The notes under the pieces: model-generated
What the model saw: the letters and a program-made list of their open reading frames with translations, nothing else
What the model was told of the DNA's origin: nothing
Database searches by the model: none
Made by a program: the position numbers and the translations under genes
Source of the DNA: a virus
DNA length: 64,000 bases
IMG/VR virus record: IMGVR_UViG_3300023199_000051
Coordinates: 64,001-128,000 of that record
Reading direction: 5' to 3' (one strand)
In this document: positions 53,605-63,247 of the stretch, piece by piece
Layout: each line of letters begins with the position of its first letter
Numbering within the stretch: position 1 is the stretch's first letter

Positions 53605-53990
53605 GACGACGCCGACCCCCTGGCGCCACACCTATGCTCGGTGGGGGCCCCCCTCAGCGCTCCCTGCCACCTCCACTCTGCCCAGAGTGCGGGGCTGCCG
53701 CAAAGATAGCACCTGGCTCAGCCCGTGTAGGTACGCCGACCATCGCAGCGTGCTCCCAGTGTGGGATCACCTTCCAGGCCACGTTGACCTGGCAGCTGCC
53801 CGAGCGGGCAACAGCTGAGGCTGCACTCAAGCCTCAAGATAACGACTGCGACGACGGCACTCGGAAGGCGGTAGCAGCTATGATCAACGTGCTCGAAGGC
53901 CACGCACACTTCCACCCCCAGGATCGGATCAAGGGCTGCGTCGTGTGCCAAGCCATCATGAAGGGCGAAGCGGTTCTTCAGCAGCTGTAG
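53601..53990 (+). CDS. Zinc-finger protein
   Basis: CPECG..CSQCG and H.H..CVVC. Confidence 0.7.
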   Translation: MRRRRPPGATPMLGGGPPQRSLPPPLCPECGAAAKIAPGSARVGTPTIAACSQCGITFQATLTWQLPERATAEAALKPQDNDCDDGTRKAVAAMINVLEGHAHFHPQDRIKGCVVCQAIMKGEAVLQQL

Positions 53991-54007
53991 CGATCAAGGA
54001 GAACACC

Positions 54008-54451
54008 ATGAAGATTGAAGAGGCACGTGCAGTGATGCAAGGAGCACTGCCAGGGTGGACCGTCGTCTGGGAAGGAGGACGCCTGTTGTACCGAGCTGCA
54101 GCTCCCAACTATGCAGAAACCGGGCTGGTGGTGGAGGGCTGCAACGTAGAGGACGTCGTCGCGCGCGTTCGGGCTGTAGAGGAGCGCCTCAGCGGAGAAG
54201 CAAGTGCTCCCATCGAGAAGGGCATTCCAACCAATGGGGGCGGCAAGCCGATCATGGGAACGCTGCCCGCCGACCCGGACGACACGGCCGAGCAGGTCCG
54301 GCGCACGGTCAGCCGCTCCCTGACGAGGAGCGATGCTGTGTCACAAGGCTTCACCGGAGAGACGTGCGTGAGGTGCGGCTCTATGGAGATGCAGAAGACC
54401 GGCACATGCTCTACATGCGTGGCCTGCGGTACTACATCAGGGTGCAGCTAG
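54008..54451 (+). CDS. Small protein ending in a class II RNR (NrdJ)-type C-terminal Zn ribbon
   Basis: AGGAG SD; GFTGETCVRCGSMEMQKTGTCSTCVACGTTSGCS. Confidence 0.75.
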   Translation: MKIEEARAVMQGALPGWTVVWEGGRLLYRAAAPNYAETGLVVEGCNVEDVVARVRAVEERLSGEASAPIEKGIPTNGGGKPIMGTLPADPDDTAEQVRRTVSRSLTRSDAVSQGFTGETCVRCGSMEMQKTGTCSTCVACGTTSGCS

Positions 54452-54555
54452 CAGCGAAGCCATGCACGATTGTATCCATTCAACCTTGTCTATCAGTGGG
54501 TGTGCGCAGTACGCACGGCGACAGTTTAAGTTGACGGTGTAGCCTGGAGGCATCT

Positions 54556-55623
54556 TTGCGACTCATCTTCTTCTCTGTGGTTCTGCTCGTCGGCAGTGCA
54601 TGCCGCGTCGACGACGGCGACTTCGACACCGGCACCCTCGACACGGCGTCCTTCGGGATTCCCGACGACACCGGCACCGACACCGGCACCGACGACACTG
54701 GCACCGACGTCCCGCTCGACACCATCGACGCCGACGGGGACGGCTACAGCCCAGCCGAAGGCGACTGCGATGACAGCAAGTCCGCGCTGAACCCGGCCGC
54801 GACGGACCAGGTGGGGGACGGCATCGACCAGAACTGCGACGGCGCGGACGGCTTCGACGGTGACGGTGACGGCTCTGCTTCTCCCGCTTCGGGTGGTGAC
54901 GACTGCGACGACGCCGAGCCCGCAAGCTACCCCAGCAACACCGAGGCGTGCTTCGACGGCATCGACAACGACTGCGACTTGAGCACCAAGGACGACGACT
55001 GCGACCAGGACGGAGCCGGCGCGGACGTCGACTGCGACGACAACGACCCGACCGTGCCAACCACCGAGATCCCGTACAACGGCATCGACGAGAACTGCTC
55101 GGGTTCGGACCTCACCGATGTGGACGGTGACGGCTTCGACGGTGACACCGGACCCGACTGCGACGACGACAACGAGGACGTCTACCCCGGAGCCTGGGAC
55201 GGCTGCAACGGCGTCGACGACGACTGCGACGGCGTGGTCGACGGCGGCACGAACCCCGACCCCGTGAGTCAGGCACCGGGCGTCAGCAGCATGACGGCCG
55301 TCGACGACCCCGTGAACGACGTGTGGGTGGTCACAATCGAGAGCTACGACGTGAACTTCGACCAGTCGTCCGTCGAGCTGTGGTGGTACACGGGGTGGCA
55401 GAGTGCTGGTGGTACCGACGTCCCTATCACTGCCAATGCCACCTACGCGCTGCCCGCCGACACCGTGAGCATGGACGTGTGCGCCATCGTCATCGAGATC
55501 CCGTACGACTGCGCGGAGGATGTGGCTGGCACAGTGATCACGCTGCATGATCTGCGAGATGCGGATGGGAACGTGTATAGCGGGCCGAAGTGGGCAAACG
55601 TCACGCGGCCGGAGGGGTGCTGA
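54556..55623 (+). CDS. Lipoprotein with MopE-like Cys/Asp-rich metal-binding repeats
   Basis: GGAGG plus TTG; signal ending VGSA-C; repeated DCDD..(N/Y)P...E...DGID(N/Q)(D/N)CD. Confidence 0.85.
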   Translation: MRLIFFSVVLLVGSACRVDDGDFDTGTLDTASFGIPDDTGTDTGTDDTGTDVPLDTIDADGDGYSPAEGDCDDSKSALNPAATDQVGDGIDQNCDGADGFDGDGDGSASPASGGDDCDDAEPASYPSNTEACFDGIDNDCDLSTKDDDCDQDGAGADVDCDDNDPTVPTTEIPYNGIDENCSGSDLTDVDGDGFDGDTGPDCDDDNEDVYPGAWDGCNGVDDDCDGVVDGGTNPDPVSQAPGVSSMTAVDDPVNDVWVVTIESYDVNFDQSSVELWWYTGWQSAGGTDVPITANATYALPADTVSMDVCAIVIEIPYDCAEDVAGTVITLHDLRDADGNVYSGPKWANVTRPEGC

Positions 55624-55624
55624 C

Positions 55625-55969
55625 GTGCCCACGACGCGTGTCTGCCTCAAGACCCAGACCTTCGAGGTGTACATCGGGCGGAAGGAGTGGTGCCCTAGCG
55701 ACTGGGACGGCCCTGGTGCTGACGGCACCTTCGGCAATCCGGTGGGCACGGTAGACCGCTTCGAGGACTACTTCCACGGCCGGCTCCAGCGGGATCCGGC
55801 CTTCCGGGCTGAAGTCGAGGGGCTGCGAGGGAAGCACCTGGGGTGCTTCTGTCGGGCAGGCAAGCGCTGCCACGGTGACGTGATCATCGAGCACCTGGAT
55901 GGAGCTGAAAGCGCGAGCGACGAGGACGTGATTGCTGCCATGGCACGTCGCCTACGAGAGCAGGCGTGA
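55625..55969 (+). CDS. DUF4326 domain protein
   Basis: VYIGR..FGNP..LRGKHLGCFC..RCHGDVI. Confidence 0.85.
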   Translation: MPTTRVCLKTQTFEVYIGRKEWCPSDWDGPGADGTFGNPVGTVDRFEDYFHGRLQRDPAFRAEVEGLRGKHLGCFCRAGKRCHGDVIIEHLDGAESASDEDVIAAMARRLREQA

Positions 55970-56059
55970 AGGTCTGTTGCACGGTGTGCACACCTGCGCT
56001 ACGCTGAACAGGTACAGGCCTTCTACACCCGAAGAAGAACTACTGCAGGAGCTACCCAC

Positions 56060-57562
56060 ATGACTGCTACTGGTAAGTCCACGCCCCTCTCACCGGGCCC
56101 CGATCTCGGCAACCCGTGGTGGGCCCCCCAAGCCAGCTTGCCGCGGCCGTACACGGCTGTGCTGCTTCGCTGCAAGATACCAATCGGAGTGGAAGGGGCT
56201 CCTCAGGCAGAGTCTCGCCCTCAGGATGAAACAAGGCCCGTCACCGTGTGTTCGGTGGCCTACTTCGATGGCTCATGGAAGTCGCTGGCCTCATTCAAGG
56301 CTGTCACAGGCACCCCTGTTGCGTGGAAGCGGCTTCCATCTCCCGGCATGATCGTCTCCGGCTCGTACGGAGTGGGGTGGGAACCCCTCCAGTGGAAGCC
56401 GACTATGGGTGAGTGGGGCACATTCAGGAACCAGAGGTTCAGGGCCCAGAACCCCGACATCCAAGGCGTGCCGGGAGGCTGCCCCTTGGACTGGATGCCC
56501 TACTCCGGGACACCTCGGTCAGAGGACGCGGATCCTCAATGGTACACGGACTTCAGCGCTATCCCTACCTCTCAGTCTGAGGACCACTACGTTGAAGTGC
56601 TCTACAAGGACAAGGTCAACAGGGGCTTCGGGCGCTTCACCTGTTCTGAGGTCTGGGGCCGGAGCAAGAAGGCCCAAAAGACTGGAAGAGGCATCTGGCA
56701 CACCACTACTGTCGAGAGCGGCAGCTTCGTTCTTCTCGCCTGGAGGTTCGCCACGGCACGCAGTGCAGCCAAGGAAGTCGAGACCGTACCGACTTCAGAG
56801 CGCCGCAAGCCAGCTGGGATGCAGCCGAGCCCTCAAGAGGCGGAGGAGCCACGCGTGCTTACTGCGCCTCGACCGCCGGCCACCAGCTCTACCGCGAACG
56901 GCGCAGATCCGGGCATCCGGGAGCTGTACACGGCAACCTACCGCGCTTCGGTGCTGGAGCTGATCAACAACATGACGACGCAGAACGCAGCGCGGACATC
57001 GGCGCAGATCGCACGGTTGTCGATGGCGAACCGCAAGCTGCTGGCGCTGTTCGGGGAGCACACGTTCCCCGAAGAAGAGCTGATGTCCCCTAGAGAGCGG
57101 CGGCGACGGAAGCGCATGCAGACGTTCGGGAAGAAGTCGCGCGAGACCATGGGCGTCAAGGCGCTGCAGGAGATCATCGGCGCCGTTGCGCAGACCAGAA
57201 AGCCGGCAGAGCTTCAGACGCTGGTGCGCACGCTCAAGGACATGGATGACGCTGATGACGCCAGTGGCACCATGGCCGAAGCACGGAAGAAGATCGAAGG
57301 CCAGGTCAGCAAGCTCTCCGATGAGATCACGCGGGGCTCCTCCGAGACAGACGTGCGCAAGGTGGCCGACAGCGCCGCACGGGCGATGAGCAGAGGGCTC
57401 AGTCCAGACGAGCAGGAGCTGGGGGTCGGTATGTACATGTCTGGTAGTCAGGAAGGCGCCCTCGGAGCGGATACCTTCGGCAACGACCCCGAAGCGGATA
57501 CCTTCGGCAACGACCTCATCACCGCCGACCCCCTCGATGACGATCCTCTCTTGTCTTTCTAG
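56060..57562 (+). CDS. Hypothetical protein (500 aa)
   Basis: CAGGAG SD; Trp/Pro-rich N half, helical C half; 21-bp repeat at 57467 and 57494. Confidence 0.8.
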   Translation: MTATGKSTPLSPGPDLGNPWWAPQASLPRPYTAVLLRCKIPIGVEGAPQAESRPQDETRPVTVCSVAYFDGSWKSLASFKAVTGTPVAWKRLPSPGMIVSGSYGVGWEPLQWKPTMGEWGTFRNQRFRAQNPDIQGVPGGCPLDWMPYSGTPRSEDADPQWYTDFSAIPTSQSEDHYVEVLYKDKVNRGFGRFTCSEVWGRSKKAQKTGRGIWHTTTVESGSFVLLAWRFATARSAAKEVETVPTSERRKPAGMQPSPQEAEEPRVLTAPRPPATSSTANGADPGIRELYTATYRASVLELINNMTTQNAARTSAQIARLSMANRKLLALFGEHTFPEEELMSPRERRRRKRMQTFGKKSRETMGVKALQEIIGAVAQTRKPAELQTLVRTLKDMDDADDASGTMAEARKKIEGQVSKLSDEITRGSSETDVRKVADSAARAMSRGLSPDEQELGVGMYMSGSQEGALGADTFGNDPEADTFGNDLITADPLDDDPLLSF

Positions 57563-57571
57563 GAGACCCCT

Positions 57572-58606
57572 ATGGCAATCGACAACTGGCACATCCCTTC
57601 ATGGACAGGCGACTTCGAGCTGCAGCGCGTCGAGGGGGAGGACAGCAAGTGCAAGCTCGTGGTGGAGGATCCGACACCCGCCGAACAGGCCAAGCTCGGG
57701 AAGTTCCTACGCCGCTGCAGGCAATACAAGTGGATCGACGACCTGGCCGGCATCGCCAACGAGGGACGAACCGAGCTGAAGATCGGCAGCGGCATCGCCA
57801 AGTGCGGCAAGTACCTGGTCGATGAGACGATGCCGGATCGGGGACGCCTCACGGCCATCCGCAGCAAGAGCGGCACGCTGGTGCTCGTGACGACCAGCGA
57901 TGACCCCAACGAGGCCGAGAAGGTCGAGGAGGCAGCCAGTAAGCCAGAAGCCGAGACGGCCGTGACGGCGAAGCGTCCGACGAAGTGCTGCCCGCATCCC
58001 ATCGAAGGCCCTCTGGTGCGGTCATCGAAGGTGCTACGCAAGTTCTGCACACCGCGGCAGTGGTCAGACTGGTGCGAGAAGGGATGGCTCATCGCCTACG
58101 GGCACCTCTCGGGCCACGCCTACCGCATCGTGCACCGCCACCACCCAGCCGCTGCTGTCCAAGGGAAGATCTGCTGGGACCTCGACGACAGCCAAGTGCT
58201 GCACGCTCACGACAACAGCGTGCCTCCGGCTGAGGAGGTGCTGACCTTCAAGCTCATCCTGGAGAACATCGAGCCGTGGCTTCGGTGCCGTGCGACCGGG
58301 TTCGGGCCGAAGCGCTGGAAGCCCGCAAGCATCGGCTTCGTTGATCCTTCGGACACTGGGTTCCTCGAAGGTACCTGGGATGCAGGCATGATTGCAGGCC
58401 TCAGCGATGCTCTACAAGGCTTCCAGGCCGGCACACAGGTGAGGGAGGTACTGCAGGGACGACGTAGCTTCGGGGATATCGACCCCGACGCCCTGGAGAC
58501 GGCCGCACGTGACCTCGGCGGTCTGGTCGATCTGGTGCTTGGTGACCGAAGGCCAAGATGGAAGAGGGGCCCTGTGTACGCTCAAGGCGTGTACGAGTCG
58601 GAGTGA
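57572..58606 (+). CDS. Hypothetical protein (344 aa)
   Basis: AGGAG SD; typical codon bias. Confidence 0.8.
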   Translation: MAIDNWHIPSWTGDFELQRVEGEDSKCKLVVEDPTPAEQAKLGKFLRRCRQYKWIDDLAGIANEGRTELKIGSGIAKCGKYLVDETMPDRGRLTAIRSKSGTLVLVTTSDDPNEAEKVEEAASKPEAETAVTAKRPTKCCPHPIEGPLVRSSKVLRKFCTPRQWSDWCEKGWLIAYGHLSGHAYRIVHRHHPAAAVQGKICWDLDDSQVLHAHDNSVPPAEEVLTFKLILENIEPWLRCRATGFGPKRWKPASIGFVDPSDTGFLEGTWDAGMIAGLSDALQGFQAGTQVREVLQGRRSFGDIDPDALETAARDLGGLVDLVLGDRRPRWKRGPVYAQGVYESE

Positions 58607-58962
58607 TATTCTACGTTTTCTATGCGCTCATCGCCTCGTTCCTGGCAGCCGCTATGGGCACAGTGGTCTCCTTCCAGGTAACCAAGCACCGCCAGAACCT
58701 ACTCCAGCAGCAGCCAGCTGCTGGGGATCTGTGGAGGCTACGTGGCTGGGGTGTCGTGCAGATCATCGACGTGTACGACCATCCAACCGAGGGGGCCGAG
58801 GTGCAGCATGTCGCCTTCCAGGTTGAAGGGTCGCCCCGGTGGCACTGGATAGGACATGCTGCCTTTCAGGTGCATGCCGATCCTACCCCTTACATCGAGA
58901 CCCGTCACACACACCCATTCCGCCGTCGCATAGAGCGGCAGCGGAGGAGGCATGGACGATGA
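58603..58962 (+). CDS. Membrane-anchored hypothetical protein
   Basis: GTGA overlap; N-terminal TM IFYVFYALIASFLAAAMG. Confidence 0.7.
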   Translation: MIFYVFYALIASFLAAAMGTVVSFQVTKHRQNLLQQQPAAGDLWRLRGWGVVQIIDVYDHPTEGAEVQHVAFQVEGSPRWHWIGHAAFQVHADPTPYIETRHTHPFRRRIERQRRRHGR

Positions 58963-59264
58963 GCAGTCCAGAGAGATTTGCCACGCATCGGCCACCTCGA
59001 CAGCTGTACAGCGAGGTGAGTGCGCCTCATGATGAGTACGGACTTGGAGAGGGGTCAAGCGGCGTGATCCGCTGCTCGACTGTCATGGGGCACACCGTCG
59101 CCGTGATCTCGTTCCCGCAAGGCAGCGGGAACACCTTGACACCCTTCTGCGTCGTCGTCCCTGGAGAGCGGGCCCTGCATCCGTTCTTCGTGACCACCTA
59201 CCACGGCCAGGTGACTGGCATCGACGGCGACTTGAGCAAACTCATGAACCTGCTGGAGAGCTAA
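58959..59264 (+). CDS. Hypothetical protein (101 aa)
   Basis: GGAGGAGG upstream, ATGA overlap. Confidence 0.7.
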   Translation: MSSPERFATHRPPRQLYSEVSAPHDEYGLGEGSSGVIRCSTVMGHTVAVISFPQGSGNTLTPFCVVVPGERALHPFFVTTYHGQVTGIDGDLSKLMNLLES

Positions 59265-60052
59265 TGGGGCGGAAGAGCGCAGCGAAGAAGAGGGCAAAGA
59301 AGCTACGGCGCAAGAAAAGGCGCAAGAAGCAGGCAAGGAGGAACGAGCCCTTCATCACGATTCGAGATCACGATGAGCTGGAAGGCTACGTCTACGTCCA
59401 CATCGGCATCCCCACCGAAGGCATGCCAGAGGCGGAGTACGAAGAACAGGGAGCACTTGACCGGCTGCGGCGGTTCATCATCATGTACCAGCGGGGCGTT
59501 GCCGGGGTTGGACCGACAGCGGACAAAGGGTGGCTGTTTGCGCCCGCTCATGGCGATTCAGAAGGGGCGTACTGGAAGCAGTGGCAGGCATCGACCCTGG
59601 CACACTTCACCATCCACCTTCCTCGCGCAGAAGGGGTCGAGAATGGCAAGCACACAGGGGATGCTTCAGCTAGTGCGCTGCACGACTTACTCAGGACCTA
59701 CTGGTACGTCGTCGACACCACAACTCCTGACCGCGTAGTCGAGGAGCTGAGCGAGGACGCTGGGAAGATGGTCAACCACTTCGCCTACGCCAATGGCTGG
59801 CGCTTTCAGTACAGTGCCGACGATCTACTCGAAGGGGGAGGGCAGCTTTGTCAGTTCTCTGCGCAACTCGTACCCGTCGGCCGCGGATCTGACGAGGAAG
59901 ACTGGCAGTTCCTCGGAGCTGTGATGGCGACACTTGGAGTGCCGGGGCCAGACGGCCCAGCACCAGGCGTCGAAGAGGTGAAGGCGCCCGATCTCGCCAA
60001 CGATCCTCCTGGGGACCGGCATCGCTGGATCTGGCGTGTAGTGGCAAGCTGA
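59264..60052 (+). CDS. Hypothetical protein with basic N-terminal tail
   Basis: TAATG overlap; MGRKSAAKKRAKKLRRKKRRKK. Confidence 0.75.
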   Translation: MGRKSAAKKRAKKLRRKKRRKKQARRNEPFITIRDHDELEGYVYVHIGIPTEGMPEAEYEEQGALDRLRRFIIMYQRGVAGVGPTADKGWLFAPAHGDSEGAYWKQWQASTLAHFTIHLPRAEGVENGKHTGDASASALHDLLRTYWYVVDTTTPDRVVEELSEDAGKMVNHFAYANGWRFQYSADDLLEGGGQLCQFSAQLVPVGRGSDEEDWQFLGAVMATLGVPGPDGPAPGVEEVKAPDLANDPPGDRHRWIWRVVAS

Positions 60053-60065
60053 TGGAAAGTAGGAC

Positions 60066-60617
60066 ATGAGCAGCGCGGGCAACGACACCATCTTCATGGT
60101 CACCGGGCACCGACCTGCGGGCATCGGGGGCACCTACCAACGGCACCAATGGGTACGCACCCAGCTACGGGACATCCTCGCCAAGATGAAGGAGATGCAC
60201 GGCGGCAACCTGGTTGCGCTGATGGGGATGGCGCGGGGTGCTGACACCTGGTTCGGGCTCGAAGCGGTGAAGCTGGGAATCCGCTTGCACATTGACATCC
60301 CCTTCGAGGGACACGGGGACAAGCTCGGGGGCAGCGATCGTGAGGCCTACGACAAGCTCGTCGACTATGCAGAGCATGTAGAGGTGCTTGCTGGAGTTCC
60401 GGCTAGCTATGGCGAGATGGTCCTGCGCTTCCGAGCGAGGAACCAGCGTATGGTCGATCGGGCCCACTATGCAGTGGCTGTGTGGTCAGGCACACCGCGC
60501 GGGGGCACCGCCCACGCAGTCCGGCTCCTCAGAGAGAAAGGCACGATCACGCTGCACGTCCATCCTGGGATGCGCACTGTAACGATGCTCTCTGGAGTTT
60601 CGACACCAGCGACTTGA
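60066..60617 (+). CDS. SLOG-family (YspA/DUF1273-like) protein
   Basis: VTGHRP..GMARGAD..IPFEG..RNQRMVD..AVW.G..GGTA. Confidence 0.85.
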   Translation: MSSAGNDTIFMVTGHRPAGIGGTYQRHQWVRTQLRDILAKMKEMHGGNLVALMGMARGADTWFGLEAVKLGIRLHIDIPFEGHGDKLGGSDREAYDKLVDYAEHVEVLAGVPASYGEMVLRFRARNQRMVDRAHYAVAVWSGTPRGGTAHAVRLLREKGTITLHVHPGMRTVTMLSGVSTPAT

Positions 60618-60665
60618 ACCTGTGCACGACATGCAATACAACGAAGGGGCACCGAAGACTGACAC

Positions 60666-62681
60666 ATGACAGGGGGCCTCAAATACATGGGGGCGTACGG
60701 TTCAGAAGAAGGCGCCTCCAGCGGGCAGCCACCAAGAAGCGCAGACAATGGCCGCCTGGGGAGGAGGCCAGAGCAGAAGCCTGGGGAGGTTTCGCTAGAA
60801 GCACTCTTGGGGGCGCCCGCGAACCCCGTGTCGGAGCAGGGGCAGTCTGAAGAGACGACCCAGCAGCTGATCGAGCCGCTGCCGGAGATCAGAGGCAAGC
60901 AAGTGAGTGCCGGTGTCGACAGCTTCAGTGCCATGGTCGCGGACATGAAAGGGGCCGGCATGCAGGGGGCTGCACATCCTGTGAGCGCTCCGCAGAAGGC
61001 GCACGGAGCCGCCGAGAAGACGCGTGTTGTCGATGGAGCTGACCAGAAGACAACCGCCGAGCGAATGGCTGCGAGAAGACACCACAACCTCGACACGGTG
61101 GACATCAACAAGGTTGTCGAGCCCCTTGGGATGACGCTGTCACCTGACCAGGTACAGGCAGCACGCCTCCTCCTCAAGCAACTTCGACACGGCCGGGACC
61201 CGATCAGTGTGCTCACGGGCGCGGCCGGCACCGGAAAGACCACACTCATGCGTGCCATCATCTACCTTGTTCGGAAGGTACTCGGCCGCCCCGTGGGCTG
61301 CATGGCTCCGACAGGCAAAGCGGCGGCCCGGCTCCGTGCCCTTACAGGTGAGGACACGACCACCATCCATGGACGCTTGTATGGTGCACCGACCGAGCAC
61401 GGGATCTGCCCTGACAAGGAGTGCCGGAAGGCTTCGGAGGAGCTGGGGCTGTCTGCGGGCCAGCTCAAGAAGTTCGATCCCCCGCTTGACCGCTGGAAGT
61501 GCCCGCACTGCCAGTCGGAGTTCAAGCTCGGGAAGGACGACAAGCCCTACCCCTACGATGATCAGGGCGTCCTCATGGACAAGCCCACCGCGTTCGAGAT
61601 CGAGCTGAAGTTCCCGGAGACGAAGCCAGCCCTGTGCTCCCCATTCGAGGTGCTGATCTGCGATGAGGCCTCCATGGTCTCGACGAAGGTCCATGACGAC
61701 TTGGTGAAGAAGCTGCCCTCGACGGCTCGACTCATGTATGTCGGGGACAGCGAGCAGCTCCCCCCGATCACCAGGGACGACGATGCAGACATTTACGACC
61801 TGTGGGGGCCTGATTTCCGCACGCCGACAGCGCAGCTCAGCCAGGTACACCGCCAGGCGGCCGGAAGTCCCATCATCCAAGTGGCCACCAAGATCCGTGA
61901 GGGGTGTTCGCCTCACGGCATCTTCGAGACGCCCGGTGATCTCGAAGGGCGCTGGCGGTGTGACCGAAGGGGCACGCTAGATCGGGCAGCACGGTGGCTC
62001 GCCGAGCGGCGCAAGGCAGGCATTACAGCCACTCTGCTGACCTACACGAACAAGACACGCAAGAAGACGAACGCGCTGGTTCGCCGCAAGACGGGGGCCG
62101 ACACACGGAGCCTCCAGGCTGGTATGCCCATCGTGGCTGGCGACTACACGGTGTGCTGCCACAACCAACATGCCGCTAAGTTCTACAACGGAGAAGTCTA
62201 CGGCGTGAGGAGCGTCAGGTGGATGCCGCCCTCGAAGAAGGGGGAGGTCGAGGCCAAGGCGCGCATCTTCAAGGAGACGTTGTTGCTGGTCGAGTTCGAG
62301 GGCCGCAAGGGCACGTGGTACGTCCCTGCCAAGGCCATCGGTGGAACCTACCGTGGTTACAGGCGAGAAATCTCCAGGTTCGTCCGCAACTGGAAGCAGA
62401 TGCGGAAGGAGTGGAACCGTCGGCCACTGTCGGCCAACATGACCTTCGAGGAGTACGCCGTGAACGTGGTCGGCTACCTCAACCCACAGCGCTTCTTGTT
62501 CCTCGACTACGGAGAGTGCTTGACGGTTCACCGGAGCCAGGGCAGTCAGTGGGAAGATGTCGGGTTCATCTGGGACCGATCTACCTGGGGCGCACACCGC
62601 CACAACTACCCTTTCTGGAAGCGGTTGATGTACACGGCTTGCACCCGTGCAGAGAAGCGCTTGGCGATCTGGGTTCTGTGA
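60666..62681 (+). CDS. RecD2/Dda-like SF1B helicase
   Basis: GAAGTGKT, CDEASMV, VGDSEQLPP, HRQAAGSPI, LTVHRSQGSQW, YTACTRA. Confidence 0.92.
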   Translation: MTGGLKYMGAYGSEEGASSGQPPRSADNGRLGRRPEQKPGEVSLEALLGAPANPVSEQGQSEETTQQLIEPLPEIRGKQVSAGVDSFSAMVADMKGAGMQGAAHPVSAPQKAHGAAEKTRVVDGADQKTTAERMAARRHHNLDTVDINKVVEPLGMTLSPDQVQAARLLLKQLRHGRDPISVLTGAAGTGKTTLMRAIIYLVRKVLGRPVGCMAPTGKAAARLRALTGEDTTTIHGRLYGAPTEHGICPDKECRKASEELGLSAGQLKKFDPPLDRWKCPHCQSEFKLGKDDKPYPYDDQGVLMDKPTAFEIELKFPETKPALCSPFEVLICDEASMVSTKVHDDLVKKLPSTARLMYVGDSEQLPPITRDDDADIYDLWGPDFRTPTAQLSQVHRQAAGSPIIQVATKIREGCSPHGIFETPGDLEGRWRCDRRGTLDRAARWLAERRKAGITATLLTYTNKTRKKTNALVRRKTGADTRSLQAGMPIVAGDYTVCCHNQHAAKFYNGEVYGVRSVRWMPPSKKGEVEAKARIFKETLLLVEFEGRKGTWYVPAKAIGGTYRGYRREISRFVRNWKQMRKEWNRRPLSANMTFEEYAVNVVGYLNPQRFLFLDYGECLTVHRSQGSQWEDVGFIWDRSTWGAHRHNYPFWKRLMYTACTRAEKRLAIWVL

Positions 62682-62694
62682 CTACGGAGGGACT

Positions 62695-63177
62695 ATGAAA
62701 GCAATCATCGACTTCACCTTTGGATCTGCGCAGCGGCTGTGGCGGGAGCGTGTTGGACCCGAGCTGGTTGACGGGCTCAAGAGCGCCGCACGCGCACTCG
62801 AATGTGACCACGGAGCCAACCAGGCGTACATCAAGGTCATTGAGCGAGCGCACAGCAACGCACCCCTCCTCAAAGTCCCGGACCCCACCCAGGATCCCGA
62901 CGGCTACGCCTCGGTCCTCGGAACGCGCTCACACGAGGTGCAGCTCGCAGCCATTCAGGAAGCAGCCGAGTGCGCACGGCACGACTACACGCGGCTCATC
63001 CTCCAGGGAGCAATCGAGCTGCTGCGCAACCACCCTGGAGTCTTCGTGACTGCTGTGGAGTGCGTACTGGAAACCCGGAAGAAGGCGCATGCCAATCCGC
63101 CCATCTGCATGAACTCAGTCACTGAGGCGCCCCCTGATGTTCGAGGCTGGGTACCCCCTGCCGTGGCAGAAGCGTAG
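62695..63177 (+). CDS. Hypothetical protein (160 aa)
   Basis: GGAGG SD before ATG 62695. Confidence 0.75.
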   Translation: MKAIIDFTFGSAQRLWRERVGPELVDGLKSAARALECDHGANQAYIKVIERAHSNAPLLKVPDPTQDPDGYASVLGTRSHEVQLAAIQEAAECARHDYTRLILQGAIELLRNHPGVFVTAVECVLETRKKAHANPPICMNSVTEAPPDVRGWVPPAVAEA

Positions 63178-63247
63178 GCGCAGCAGAGATCACCGAGGTA
63201 AGTACACACTCGCGGTATCATGTTCACGCATCACCTGGAGACACCAC

